Notes: a model not told the origin generated them from the sequence alone. 64,000 nucleotides of DNA from Azolla caroliniana (GCA_043228905.1 JBHGNT010000013.1:16244001-16308000), one strand, 5' to 3'. Counted from the stretch's first letter, positions 48,240 through 63,220 are shown. Numbers and translations: made by a program.

Positions 48240-50381
48240 TTTACACAATCATTTACCACTCGGGCATATTCTTTTTGTGTGCAGACTTACATTCTTTTTG
48301 GACTCCATTCATATACATACATTCATCGCACCAAATGCGGACTAAGCTTGGTGTTACCCTTTGCAAGGGTATAATATTATAGGCTCAAATGTGAATGTTT
48401 CAATGTGCCCGGCCATATCTATTGTGTATGATAATAGCGATTTGCTATTCTATGTGGCATAAACATGGGAAAGGCTGGAGTAGGAGCTTGTGCAAGTACA
48501 AATACAAAGCATAGTTTGGTTCTGATGGATCTGTTGATTATGGTGTTGAAGATCCTTGAAGAGAATCTATTGTTGTATTATTGTCAGCAATAGGAGATGT
48601 TTGTTTCATGACTATGACATTCTTTTTAGATTGAGCATGTATATATTTTTGTCACAGTAAATAAAAGCTGTATGCGTGTAAAACAAATGGAGATTGTCTT
48701 TGTATTTGTTCTATCACTAGGAGTTTTCGCATCTAGAGTTACATTTGAACTTAAGTAACAGTCTCTCTGTCATTAACACAAGAGCCATGTGGGGGATTGA
48801 ATTTGTTAAGAAAAAAACATGGGTTCCTTCACGTCCTTGTTGGAGGAGAAGAGACATGGATGAAGGAGACCACTTGTTCACTACATTATTGGCCTTCATG
48901 ATGCAAATGACAAAGAGCCTTTATATAAGCTTTGAAGCATCTATGTTTATTCAGTGAGAGCCAAGAATTGTGATGTCCCTATCTAGGAGGGCACATGGGA
49001 TACCTTTTGCTGATTGGATTTAAATTTGAAATAAAGGCAGAGTATTTACTATTGATCATGTGTGCAGAGAGGAGTGTGGATGAATTTGTTAAATTGTAAA
49101 CTTATCTGTCTGGGTTTTATGTAATACCGATTAAGACATCTATTCCCTATGTCACTAAACATAAAATATTGTCGCGTTTAAGGTACAAAATAGATAAGTA
49201 AAAGGTTGAAACCTCTCGACAGAATAGGTTAAAAATGATTGCAAACTCTCGACCATCTACTCTTTAAGTAACAACCATAAATGTGGGGAGCCCATGTCTT
49301 AACTATATAAAGTGTGTACTTGCAAAAGATTCCAAACTCTCAAGTATTTGTGTGTAGAGCTTATATTTTCTTGTTAGCGTAAAGGTGGATGATTGAAGCA
49401 AAGCTTCTTGTACCAGCACCCGGACATGGGTGTTTTGCTTGCATGACTAGAGTTGGGGGAGAATTAGGGGGGTTTTCGGCACATAAGGCTATGGTTATTT
49501 CTATGTGGCATGGTTTGTCAACCAAAATATTCTGACAACTCATCTTAGAATGTGTTTGATGCTAGCCCTAAGAAAATGTCAAGTTCAGACACCTCATAGT
49601 TCCCAATCCCTTCTCTCAAATGTCTACGCGTGCATCACTTGATATCTTGCAACAATTATTATATGCAATCGTTATTTTTACATTTGCTTATTCTACAACA
49701 ATAGTGAACCATTTGAAAGTATACAATTGATATATTACAACAACCGTAAAATATACAAATTATCATTATTTTTACTATTGCTTATTCTACAAGAGTAGTG
49801 AATCATTTGACAGTATATTGACTTTGTAAAGCCGCATTTTATGGAAACAATGTGGTGATTTAACATGCATATTTTTTTATCTCTACATTTTCTCATTCAG
49901 TCATTTTGGAAAGCCATGAAACAACAGATAAAATTATTGATAGTAAATAGATATTGCGAAGTCATCTTCTAACGACAATATATGGGTTTTCATATCTACA
50001 TTTTCTTGTTTTGTAAACACTTTGGAAAGGCGTGGAAAACAACACAATGAACACGACTATGGTTGACAATGAGAATATATTGGCTAGGTTTTTCCATAGT
50101 TATGGTTGGTTGTGAAATTTATGGATTGGTTTAATAACCCAAGGTTTTTATATTCGATAATAATGTGGCCAACAACATTGTCTAATGGCACAAAGCATCC
50201 TTTATTCACTTTGTTTCTATCTAATACAATATGTTTTTTTGTGCCATGCATGTACATACGACCCTCGTGAAGGATGTCACAAGACTCCATGAACTTCCCT
50301 TATACTCTTCTCTTTCTCATATTTGCCACTTGGGCAACTACCAATCAAAACTATCCACTCCCTCTTCCATATACATATACA

Positions 50382-50413
<32 letters not shown>

Positions 50414-50717
50414 CATATATAAAGATCACATGTCTTCCATTTCAGTTTCACAAAAACGTATTCTCATTCCTTCACACAGTGAAATAAAAAAGGGCTATAG
50501 ACAAGGCGTGACACACAAGAATGGCATGGAAAACACAGGCGATGAGATCGAATAGAGAGAATGTGACACATCGGGAGCTCTCGTGGCACGTCACGGGAAG
50601 CTACGATGGACACGTAAAGGAGAGGAGTGGTGGACATTTGTTGCGGGGGGGAGGCAATCAGAGTGAATCTCGAAGGCCACAAAGTGAATCTCGAAGGCCA
50701 CCGAGTGAGCTGGTATG

Positions 50718-51161
50718 TAACAATCGGCAACGGTTCGGTTCGAGAGGGTCCAAACCGAACTGTTAAAATGTTTTGAAACCTGAACCAAACCGAACCGAAC
50801 CACGAAACCGTTAAACCGTAAAAACCACAGTTTCGTGGTTCGGTTTTAGTTTTCAACATAGGTCAAATTTTTAATTGTTTAAACTTTATAGTATTTCATT
50901 TTAATTTTTTTTTACAATTTTAAAGATGTTCCCAAAATGCGAGAATAAGTTCTAAAAATGAAAAAATTGTTTAAAAACAATTTTTAGAATTTTTTAAATT
51001 TAAAAAAAGAAGAAAAAAAGAAACCCGTTAAACCGTTTAAACCGCGGATTTTGACTATTGAAACCGAACCGTTAATAAAAACCTAAACCTGAACCGAACC
51101 TTTGAAACTGTTAAGCCGCGGTTTCGTGGTTCGGTTTAAACCGAACTGTTGCCGATTGTTA
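50718..51161. mobile_element. hAT-type MITE
   Basis: TIRs TAACAATCGGCAAC(G/A)GTTCGGTT, 8-bp TSD CTGGTATG/CCGGTATG (50710-50717, 51162-51169), many subterminal AAACCG motifs, AT-rich non-coding core. Confidence 0.85.
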
Positions 51162-51525
51162 CCGGTATGGTGGACATTTGTTGCGTGCAGAGGCGTTGGG
51201 AGAGAATCCCAAAGAATCTCGAAGATAGACAGACAGACAGACGAGCGACTTGGTATGGCAAACACGAGAGGTCTCGAGAAGACTCGAGAGAGGATTCACA
51301 CCATAGGAAGGTCCCAATGGCCGGCCTGCTCTACTCTATGCAGAGCTCCCCATGGGCCATCGCCTTCTTCCTCTGCAGGGGCTTTTGAACACCCCCCCCC
51401 CCCCCCTGCAAAAGGCAAAAAAAAAAGAAAAGAAAAGGAAGCTCACGACCAGAAGTAAGTGTGCTGCCCGGATCGAGCTCCTCTGCTTCGCGTGCTTTCT
51501 GGCCTGTCCGTGTGGAATTCCTGAG

Positions 51526-54500
51526 ATGGCCGAGGCAGCGTCTCTGTCGAAGCTCGACATTCTGATCGCGCAGCTCGAGTCCATCGCTGCCTCCGCCTCC
51601 TCACAGTCCCCTGATCCCCTTATCTGCTTCGATCTGCTCTCGGATCTCCTCTCTTCTCTCGATGATCACCCCAAGGTAAAACTGGCCAACACAGTTTTTT
51701 TTTTTTCAACTGCATTTTGGATTTGAATTGCAATTCACATCTGCATATATATATATATGTATGTATGTATGTATGTACATATTTTATGTATATCAAAAAA
51801 CACATATGTATATGCGTGTGTAAAAGAAAGAAATCTCTTTGTATTTTAAGAATGAGAATTGGAATGAACAAATGAGAGATCGCATCGTAAAATTTTGTCA
51901 CATCTTTGAGAACAACTGACCAAAGGTCCGAAATGACATATTTGACTCAACAAGTTATTACTACTGAAAGTATTATCTTTTCCATGGGAACAATTATGAG
52001 TATCTATGAAAGCAATGAAGAAATGATTGTCTCTTCCATAAGACATGATTAAAGAAATGACATGAACCTGCCTCAGTATGCTTCTTAACATATCAACTTA
52101 GATTTATCTATTTGGGAACAATGAAGCAGGTTGTCTTTTCTATGAGAAGAAGCTAAACAATACGAATCAGCTAAACCTTTCTACTTAGATGTTGCTCTCT
52201 ATCACTATCAAAACACTCCGTAGTTGTATGGATTATGCTGAATGACAACTCTTTGATAGTCTTGTTCAATACCACTGTAGGTTTTTGATTCACTTACTAA
52301 CTACTTTGTAGTTTATATTTCACCATACAGAGCTTTGATGATTGTAAAATTTGTTGGTTTTCCTTTGGACATTGTTAGAAGTGTTAGTATACACGATTTT
52401 AGTATGGCTGTTATAAATGTAAAAAATTTGGCCACCCGTCTTTGTTTGGATGTCAACGCAACAAAACCTTTCAGATATTCTTTTGACTTTGCAGAGCAAC
52501 ATAAATTTGTTATTAAACCTTCGAAATTTCGTAGCTAACTAAAAAGAAATGTATTTTCTTATGGTACTTGCCAATTATGTATAATTTTTAAGAATATATG
52601 ATGATTATTTGGTGATTACATATTGTTCTTAAGCTTGAATGGCAAGCTGAGAATTTCACCATACAGAGCTTTGATGATTGTAAAATTTGTTGGTTTTCCT
52701 TTGGACATTGTTAGAAGTGTTAGTATACACGATTTTAGTATGGCTGTTATAAATGTAAAAAATTTGGCCACCCGTCTTTGTTTGGATGTCAACGCAACAA
52801 AACCTTTCAGATATTCTTTTGACTTTGCAGAGCAACATAAATTTGTTATTAAACCTTCGAAATTTCGTAGCTAACTAAAAAGAAATGTATTTTCTTATGG
52901 TACTTGCCAATTATGTATAATTTTTAAGAATATATGATGATTATTTGGTGATTACATATTGTTCTTAAGCTTGAATGGCAAGCTGAGAATTTCACCATAC
53001 AGAGCTTTGATGATTGTAAAATTTGTTGGTTTTCCTTTGGACATTGTTAGAAGTGTTAGTATACACGATTTTAGTATGGCTGTTATAAATGTAAAAAATT
53101 TGGCCACCCGTCTTTGTTTGGATGTCAACGCAACAAAACCTTTCAGATATTCTTTTGACTTTGCAGAGCAACATAAATTTGTTATTAAACCTTCGAAATT
53201 TCGTAGCTAACTAAAAAGAAATGTATTTTCTTATGGTACTTGCCAATTATGTATAATTTTTAAGAATATATGATGATTATTTGGTGATTACATATTGTTC
53301 TTAAGCTTGAATGGCAAGCTGAGAATTTTCCTACTGTAACTAAATTGGGCATTTTTTGCCAGCGCTGGTATTATGAATGTATAAGGATTTGATGATGAAT
53401 GAATGTAAGTGATTGGAGTGTTTGGTTTGTACTATCTTAATTATCAATTGTGTTGGTTTAACAGGCGACTATTCTTAGTTGTCAAAGAAAATGTGAAGAT
53501 GCATTGCAAGCCTTACTGGTGATTGGAGCTCGACCACCTGTACGTCGTCTATGTGCGAAGGCATTGATACAGATAATCTCGAAAGGGGATAGTATTTCTA
53601 TTTATTCAAGAGCCAGTAGTTTACAGGGTTGGCTTTTAGAAAGCAAAAGGATAGACACAGCAGGCTACATTGGTACATCATGAAGACTTTTGCTTTTGTT
53701 GACAATTAATAATGTGTAATATTAACCAACCATGTACCATATATTTGAGCTTTATAGGTTTGGCCAATTGCCTCGGTGCATTGTATCGGTCATTTGGCCA
53801 GAAACTTACTTCTGGGCTTTCTGAAACCAGCAATATTGTGGCGAAGTTGATCAAGTTTTCAGAGGTAATAAGGTTCAATATTACATTCAGGAGTTCATCA
53901 TATGTAATATAAATCAATTTTCTCCCTTTAATGAATCTCATGTATGGATAAAGCTTACAAATTTTCTTATCTAATGAGGAAGTTACTTCTATTAACAAAC
54001 TCACCCTCAAGCTCGTATTCCGTTTTTATTTCAGGGCCTATTTCTTATTTACGTAGTACTACCTCTCTTTTCTCTGTGTAGTGTTTATCGATATGAATGT
54101 CACTCTGCATTATGTGTATGACACTGTAAATTGCATAACGATTTCAGAACAGCTTTCAAACAGAATTGTGAATTATGGACGAGGCACTATACTTCAGAGT
54201 TTATGGACACCATCTTCGTAAAGATCACACATTCCAGAACAGGAATGGCTGCCTATGAACACCATATGTTCTCTTTTATGCAGAGGATACAAAGAGGACG
54301 TTTTAGTATATTCACCAAAGCATGGATAGTATGAACAGAAACTACACATTCTCGAGCCTTTGTGGCCACATTATTCAAAAAACTGAATCATATTAAGAGG
54401 ATTGTCAAGCATCCAATAGTTTTGGATGAAGATCTCACATAACATAAGTGGATCAGGGAAAATAACATATGCCAACCTAAGGTAGACATGTGCCTGAGAA

Positions 54501-57500
54501 AATAATGCAGCATATAGGGATGACTGCGTGATCATTTCTTGGAGGGTGGTTGATCACATAGGGAAACGTGCCCTATGAGATAAAGATAACATGTTAGACT
54601 CTTTTGGGTTTCATAGGTCATTATGCATTTTTTTTCTTCCATTCTACTTTTTTAGATTTCATGCTCTTTTAGGGATGACATTTCTTCATATTTTACAGAT
54701 GCTAAATTAAATTTCTAATGTACAATATCACGACTAGAAAGTTTTCTACCTCTTTATCTATGACTTATCTATTTGAATACCTCTAATCTTATATCAGAAA
54801 GTATAATTAATGTAGGCATTTCCTCTCATTTGAAGCAAAGTATCATAAATTTGAAGTAAAACTCAAATTATGCGGAATATAAGTCTCCATGTGCGTGTCT
54901 CATATCTAAGAATGGTCCTTGAATTGTATTCTATAGCTTATATGATCTCAGATCTTATAAATTGGTCTTATACCAGTGATAACAACTTTTACATACAGGT
55001 ATCAGTAAGGCAAGCAGCACTTCAATTGCTTCAGGATGCATTGGAAGGCTCAGGAGGAGGTGGACCTACATCAGCTTATTCAGAAGCTCTGCGTGTTGTT
55101 CTGAGACTGGGTTCAGCAGACAAGTCTTCAATTGTAAGGTCAGCAGCAGCTAATTGTTTACATGCTTTTGCTTTGGCTGGTGGGCCAGGGATAGGATCTG
55201 GTGGGCTTGAAGGATGTTCTGCTCTTTGTGTGAAGGTAGTGCTTCATAAGTCCTCTTTCAAATGGTATTATCACATGACCTTGTCAGTGAATGATAAGGC
55301 TTATCAAACATTTATTTGTGTCAACATAGGCTTTGGAAGACCCTTCACAGCCTGTGAGATATGCCTTTGCGTCAACATTAGGAGCCTTACTTGCCCTTGG
55401 ACTTCATCCAGATGCTCAGGTGTTACTTATATTGATAACGTCACTTTTTTTTTATGTTTGTAGCACTCATGTATGACAGTTCAAATTATGATTTTCTATA
55501 ATGATAAACATATTTATTAAAAAAAAAACTTTATGAAGCAAATAATTGGAAAATAGTCAATATTAGGACCATTTGGTTACCTGTAATGTGCTTATGCTCT
55601 TCTAAGTTTGAGCGACAGTTTATTTCCATAAGACAATTAAACTGTTGTCAATATTTCAAATTATGAAATTATAAACAGTCAAATGAGAAGTTATATTGAT
55701 GAGAAATTTGGTACCTTGATTCATCTGTATTAATTTTATGAAGCTGGTAATTGGAAATAGTCAGTAAAATATTAGGACAATTTGGACTAAGTCTGAGTTA
55801 AACAGTTATTCCCTAAGGCAATTAAACTGTGACAATATTTCAAATAATGAGATTATAAATAGTCAAACGATAAGATATTTTTGAGATTGATATCCTTAAA
55901 TTTCATCTAGATGCCCAGTTACAACTTATATTGATAATGCATCTTTTTTTTTATGTTTGTGCCCCATGTATGATAGCTTGAATTATGATTATCTATAGTA
56001 ATAAAAATGTTTATAAACCCTATCAAGCAGCTACTTTCAAGTAGTCAGCATTAGCAGCTGTGTTGTAAAATGATAGATGCTCATGCTCTACTAAGTTTAA
56101 CTGAAACGGTTTATGTGCATATGCAAATTCCACTGGTACAACATTTTGAATTATGAGAATATAAATGATCAAATGAGAATTGTGAGAGGCTGGCCCATGT
56201 ATTCTTGTTGATCAAGAACTTTGTCGATACAGCTGTAACTCGCTTCCTCTTTCATGATTCTACTCTCTGTTGGAAAGCAATTGAGACGTTGTTCCAAATC
56301 TACAATACTTCTGTATTTTTGAAACTTTTTCTTCTACTTAAGACCATACAATGCAATCACATTTATGTGCATGATTCCTCCATAATGGATTGTGGGTATA
56401 TCAGAGAAATGTGTTTCTTCAAGAGTTCATCTATGTATCTTCATCATAAAAAAATGATGTGATGACAGTTTATTTTTGTCATGTCAATCTTTTTTACTTA
56501 TTAAACAAAAGAATTAAAATAAGTGGTTCTAGTACAGCAACCAACGGCAGAAATACATAAGAAGAAAGAAAAAAGAATGGAAGAAAGATTGTATTAAGGT
56601 CCTCAGTAGAATGGAAGAAAGTGCTATTATTAGGTGTTTCAACAGGCTGCAACTGAGTTTTTAATAACGTTGTAGCTCTCTTTCAAAATACTTGTGTACA
56701 AAGTTAAAGTTATTAATTTGAAATGGTGGTTTTTTATGTGTTTATTTGACAACTTTGCCTTATATTGCTGAAGATACAACCGCGGGGAAAACCACAATCA
56801 GCCGTATTTAGGACAGTTGAGGGTGGTATCCAAAAGCATCTCATTGGACCATTTATTCGAGGTATCATTCATTTGGTACTCATGTTGATTTATTTTGCCT
56901 CCTTTGTTATATTTCCGAACTGAATTTCCTTGATCAATACGAAAATCAAACAAGATTCTTTACATTGCATTCTACTGGTCACCATTTACAGTTTATATCA
57001 TTCATTATTTTATGCTTTCAGCAACAGGGCCTCTTTATCGTGAAGTACGTGTAGGGTTAACCATGGCGTGGGTTTCTTTCTTGCAGGTTAATATCCTTCA
57101 CTTATATCAGCTAAATCTTTTACTTTTTTTCATTGCATGTAAGCATATTTAAGCTGTTTAACCTGTATCTTCTCTGGACCATGCTATTGTCTTCATTTTA
57201 GGAAAGTCAATCCTCATGATTGTGTTCGAGAAGTTTAGATCTTGTTTTGTACACTAGCGAGGATATTATTTCAATATGTCACCCAGCCAACGATTAGAAG
57301 ATATGCCTTGAATCCTGTATGGCTATTTAGTACAAAATTCCATTCATGGCTAGAATTGTGCAAGGCTAGTTGGTACAAGCTTTCAATAAAATGTAAGATC
57401 GGCAAATGTTATCTAAAAGTTTCTTACAAGGTTAGAGTTAGTCCAGAATGTTAATTAACAGTGACTTGGATACACAGGTATGCAACATAAAATATAAATC

Positions 57501-60500
57501 TTTGTTTATATTATAATTATTTCCAGACAACAATTAGCATGTACTACTCATGCTTACAAAAGTTGAGATTACGAGACACACGTCCCTTTGGATCCAATCC
57601 TGACTCCCACACCGTTTATATCCTACATGCAACCATGATGTTCTGATAGTGGATGTCCTCTCGATAATAGTTTCACACTCCTACAGTATCTACGTAGCAA
57701 ATCCACTCTACCCGTGGCTCTTACTAATCCTATATGTAAGTCTTATAAAGCTATTAAGGAAAGTTCTGAGTATATCAGTCAAGAAGATACAGGAGCATCC
57801 TTGCATGTTAGATAAGCTTCATTTCTAGTCATTCCCATTGAACATGAGGTGAAGTCATAGAGACGAACTTTCTGATGATGTAGCTCTTGCCTGCCGATTT
57901 GGTCATAGGAAGTAAAAATTGGTATTTATAACTTATATTATCTGGGTTCTAACTTTTTATTTTTTAGAATTTCAAGGATCTCACAGGAACATTTTGATCT
58001 CCCAGGGAATGCATTTTACATACGGACATAGTGATTTTGAGCTACAAAACTTTGCGATACAAGCAATGGGCATGCTGAGTTTTAATGTGAAATCACAAAT
58101 CGATGCACATTGTCAGGTTCTAAGGAAGAATCATCTGTCCACTATGCTCTTTCATTCTGAAGAACTGCAAATTTAGTGACTCTGTTGCCAGCCATGTATA
58201 TTTTATAACCTTAGTCTGGAAACCATGTTTCGCTGATACTTCAGTTTTTTGTGAATAGGCATGTGTGCTATATATCCTTCGTGTAGGTATTGTAGAGCAG
58301 ATGAGTGAGCCAGCTCAAAAGGAGTTTTTGACCCTTATGACTAAGCAGGCAAGTCATTGTGATATGAACACTTTTAAATCATATATATCTAAATGTGTTA
58401 ATGATTGATGGGGAAACAATGTTTACTGGACATGAGAGAGAGGAGATATAAAATTCTAGCTTCTAGTGTTAAAAGTATCCAGGGAAATTATGGTGATTTT
58501 TTACGCGCATTAAACGTTACTGCTGCCCTGTTTTCAAAACCCAAAAAGAAAGAAGAGTATGATTAGCATTGGGAGCCTAAAATAAAAGCTCCAAGATATG
58601 AGGTCAAATATTCTGTTGGAATTAAAAAATTGATTTAAGAGTTACCTATTGAACATAGGGCATAAGACAACCAGTAGGGTCATGAAATGGTAAGAGCACC
58701 ATCAGTGACAGGATTATGATTCTGTTTATTTTGAACAGTTTAATAGAAATATGGATTTATTGCTTTGAAATGTTTTGCTGAGTTACTCACAACTACAGCA
58801 GGTCAATAGAGTTTTTTGTTTCAACTTGATATATATCCCGATTTAATTGATTTTGCCATATGTTAACAGCTTTCATTATCAGATACGAGTGCTTCCATGC
58901 TGGTGGTTATTTTGAGGACAATATCACATCTTCTATCTGTTCTTGGAGAGGTTATTTTCATAAGCTTTGTATTGGCAGTTCCCCAATGAAGAATAGGTTT
59001 GTAATCTGCCTTTCTACCCAGGTTCCTTCTTCTGCACGTGAGCCACTTGAAAATTCCTTAGTCATGGCTTTGTCAAACTCTACAATGGCTGTAAGTTACT
59101 AGTCTCTATACATTATCTCTTTACATCTCCACATTTCTGTGACCATTTGAGTTTTTTCACAGGTACGGGTAGAAACAGCGTTGACCATACAAGTACTAAC
59201 TGAGGTGGATCCATTTTGTGCAAATAGTCTCATGTCATTTGGAATCACCACAATTCGTGCGATAAGAGAGATTCTTGCAATAGAGAAGGTATTGGTATTA
59301 AACCATTTGCAACTGTGGATTGATCATGTCCTTCTGACCATTTCTTGAGGCTTTGTTTCATGGCAGGGTGACAGGTTGAAACAGGAGCTAGATGCGTTGC
59401 ATGGACAAACATTAATGCTGGGTGCAATTTTAGCTGCATCGCCTAGGTTCTCTTTAGGGTTGCCATCATGGTACGTAGAACTATTGTAATCAACGTGCCT
59501 TATTATCAGTTGATGTTACAGATTGGGAATATACATACATTTTAAGAATTTTACTGATTCAATTATGCACCTCTGCTTTGTCAGGCTACCTGCTGCAATC
59601 CTTGGTGTTGCGAAGAGATTAATCCTAGATGATAGGCGGAATCCTGCCTCTGCAGGTTTAGAGAAGGAAGCTGGATGGCTTCTCATTGCTTCTGTTATCA
59701 CGTCAATGAGGAAAGAGGTGAGGCTTCAAATTGCAAATTGAATCTAATAAGTACAACATAGAAGAAGTGGGGGTAATCTCTTATTAACAGCTTATATAAT
59801 TTAGGTACAGTATGGTTTTGGGATGTTTGTGTCTAATAATCATACTAACGGTTTACATTTTTATGGTTACCTTTCACATCATTTTGTTTTTAGGCATCAC
59901 CCATTTGTTTAAGTATTTTGCACAACAGCTGCAATGTTTCAAACATAAACACATTAAGCTGAAATCTAAATATGTCACAACCATATGTCCCAAGAAGTGG
60001 ATGACTCAAGTCTGTGGGATAAAATTTCGAGCTAGAATCTTTATTTTTTGTTGTCTTCATAAATCCAGAGAATTGTAGACATCTTTTAAAGATCTTATAC
60101 TATTTGCGAATGGTTTCTCTTCTATTGGAGATTAGGAGATGAAAGAACAAGAGTTCGATATTCTTGCATTATGGACAGTACCATTTGGAGGAAACTCTGA
60201 AGTACGATTAAGGCAGGCTGAGTCTAATCTTATAGCAGAGGTCTGGTAAGTCACCTGCTTTGTTGAATACTTGCCTGTTTTTTTGCAAGCTTATCAACAT
60301 CTATCTTTGTCTATATACACTGGGATTTTGCAGTGGCTGGTCAGCAGCCGTTGAGGCATTAACTGCGTTTGTGAAGAGTTATGTGGTTCCCAATTTTTCA
60401 TCTAAGGAGGAGGGAGTTATTCTGCAACCAGTTCTTGGATATCTTAATGTGTATGTGTTTGATGTTTCTTATAGGAGGTTCCGTACAGCTTAAACATGCG

Positions 60501-62577
60501 TTGACTGTGATAAATGATTCTGGACCTTTGAGCTTTCTTTGTACTTGTAACTTGGAATGTGCCAATTTTGTTGGAGTTTATCATAAACAATCCTTGATAT
60601 AAAACTCTGATTTGATCTGTTATTTTTCTTTCTTAGGGCTCTAGCTTACCTTTCCTCTACTAAATTACAACAAGTGTCAGGAGAACTCAAACAAGCTGTC
60701 GACACCTTCTTAATGAGAACTCTCATGGCATATCGATCACTTCCTAGCTCATTTTGCTACAGAAATGACCATAACATTCTATTGGGCATGTGCACAAGCC
60801 CATTTAAGTGAGTTAACAATTTTAGTGGATGAACTTTACAAATATGGTAAGTCCTAAAATAACTTGACATCTTGTGTCAGATATCCAGCAGTTTGGGGCC
60901 AAAGTTCATGTTTGAGACAATTGCTAGACTATCGAGACTCTTCACTTGGTCCTTGGGTGCCGGGAAGGTTGAATACGTTCTCTATGTCTATGTCTATGCC
61001 CATCTAATGTAAATGCAGGCTAGATATTTATTTTTGTTTTTGGTACTAGGGACTCATTTGAAGATGATTTACGTGCATTTGATGGAGGATCTGATGGACC
61101 CCTTCCCTGTGTATGGGACACTCATAATATCTCCATGTTCCCGCAAGTGCGTGCTTAATTGATTAACCGTTTGGCAAATGTTTCTGTTGGGCTTTTGACA
61201 GATTGGGTATGTGTCTTCCTGTGATGTGTTGCAGCCTTTTTCCGTATCCACACTACTTCTCAATGAGTTACTTTTATGCTTTGGATCAATTTTTGCTGCC
61301 CAAGTATGTTTCACGGAACTCCAATAAATTATTTACATGGCTTACAGATCAATCTTTCATTTATGATGACAATTGTTATTCAATTCAGAAAGAATCCATG
61401 AAGCTCCAGCTCGTTGATATTCTGGAAGCATCTGTAAAACTGTGTAAGAAACAAAGCTACCAGGAAGCCAATGTCACTAATATATGTGTGGCTCTTCTTG
61501 CATCTGTCAAGGTAAATTGTGTTAGAATGATTTGATGTAAGGTTTGCAGAACGTTATGCTTAAAATCACTAGTAATTGTGCCGTTTCCATCCCATCTCCA
61601 GGAAACTCTACGACTGCGTAGCTCGGAATATGAACCTGAGTTAAATCGCAGGCTACAGTTTCTTTTCCAGGTTTTGTTTCAACTTTGTGTTTTCCCTTCC
61701 TCATACTTAATTTTGTGAACCATATAAACTGCTTTTGGTTTTGTACCTTCAAGTAGATCTTGGTGAGGATAGAAAATACCTGAAACAATTATTTGAAGTC
61801 TGAGAGATTATTTCTACTAATTGATTTGTGCTTTGAATGGCCTGTGCTCATTTTGAAGCATATCTATACAGGCTTCTACATCAAAATATTCTGTCACCAT
61901 ACTTCTATTTGTTACAATTTGGATGTCCCAATATAAGTTCCATTCTCTTTAAGAAAAGAAAACAAAGTTGAAATCATTTTACTCGGGCAGTGCTCAGGAG
62001 CCAGCAAGATATAAAGAAACAGACACAATAAACTAGAACTAATGATTAGGACAGTTGAGAGGTCTGTTCAGATAACAAGAAATGTGGGATTTGATCAGGT
62101 GATATGCTGGTTTAAGGAATTGCTTGCAAAGATTGATAATGTGCCTCATTTATGTGATATATTCATTTTTAAAATTCTTCCCAAACAAAAAAAGACTTAA
62201 AAGAGATTAATGTGCTAAATTCAACGTTTTGGAAATGTAATAATACCTTTGTTTCAGCTAGATAAAAAACGTCTCTCTGACAATTAGTCTGAGTATTTTT
62301 TGAGATCCAACTCATATTTACCAGGTGAAAATTAAAGCACAAATTTCCAAGTCTTCAAAATCAGTCCTACTCATACATGTGCCCTTTGAGAAGTCAGAAA
62401 TTTGAAATAAAATCATCCTGTGTATCTATTCAAAACACTGCAACGTGTTGTGAAACTGCATTCTTATAAGTTGTAATGTTTGGCTTTTTAGAGTAGGATT
62501 TGTAAGTCCAGCTATTTGCAATGAATCATGACAAGTTTTTTGTCTGTTGGTGTAGTGCTTTCTTTTGTTGATTAAAG

Positions 62578-62624
<47 letters not shown>

Positions 62625-63220
62625 AAAGTTTTTATCTGTTCTGGAAGAATATTTCTTTGAAATGAGATTTGGGCAGGGGATTATGGCTGAAGAAACTTCA
62701 ACAACGGCCCAGCGTCGTGCTGCTGCTGAAGGACTGGGCATCCTTGCTCGTCTAGGCAATGATGTTTTTGCAGCCCGTTTGGTATAACTTAAAACCAACA
62801 CATATATTTCTATGCTGTTTGATATTTCTATAATATTCTTTTAAACTTGTGGTGCAGATGAAATCACTTCTTGCAGATGCAACTGGGGTGTCAGACATTG
62901 GCATGAGGGGATCTGTGGCTTTTGCATTAGGATGTATACATAGGAGGTAGAAATAAGTTCCTGAGTTTATTTACTGTCATAGACTGATAGAAATTATGAA
63001 AGAACTTTGACATTGTGATGTACTCTAATTATGTACTTACGCAGCAAAATCTGTTTTTTTCAGCAAAGGAGGAATGACATTATCTGCATTAGTTCCTGCC
63101 ACTGTGCAAATTCTGTGCCTAATGTCCAGGGATCCTAAACCTTTGGTTCATATATGGTCATTGCATAGTCTTTGGCTGACAGTGGAGGCAGCTGGTCTCA
63201 CATATGTTCCCCATGTCCAG
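51526..63220 (+). CDS. SWEETIE: SWEETIE / HEATR5-like HEAT-repeat protein, 5' part; multi-exon, continues beyond the window
   Basis: Exons 51526-51675, 53465-53672, 53758-53864, 54999-55235, 55330-55419, 56774-56861, 57022-57086, 58006-58116, 58259-58348, 58870-58950, 59022-59090, 59163-59288, 59367-59470, 59585-59717, 60136-60245, then about ten more to 63064-63220. Peptides AQLESIAASA..PDPLICFDLLSDL, QRKCEDAL, GDSISIYSRASSLQG, ACVLYILRVG, EKEAGWLL and WSLHSLWLTVEAAGL match recalled Arabidopsis SWEETIE. Confidence 0.93.
52317..53328. repeat. Three 336-bp tandem copies in SWEETIE intron 1
   Basis: Units start at 52317, 52653 and 52989; the ORF track repeats at a 336-bp period; ATTT microhomology at the ends. 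Confidence 0.97.
62581..62620. repeat. (TA)n microsatellite in a SWEETIE intron
   Basis: Seen directly. Confidence 0.95.

Noticed and set aside
52320-53210. Repeated 60-83 aa ORFs
   Set aside because: By-products of the 336-bp intronic repeat with no coding signature.
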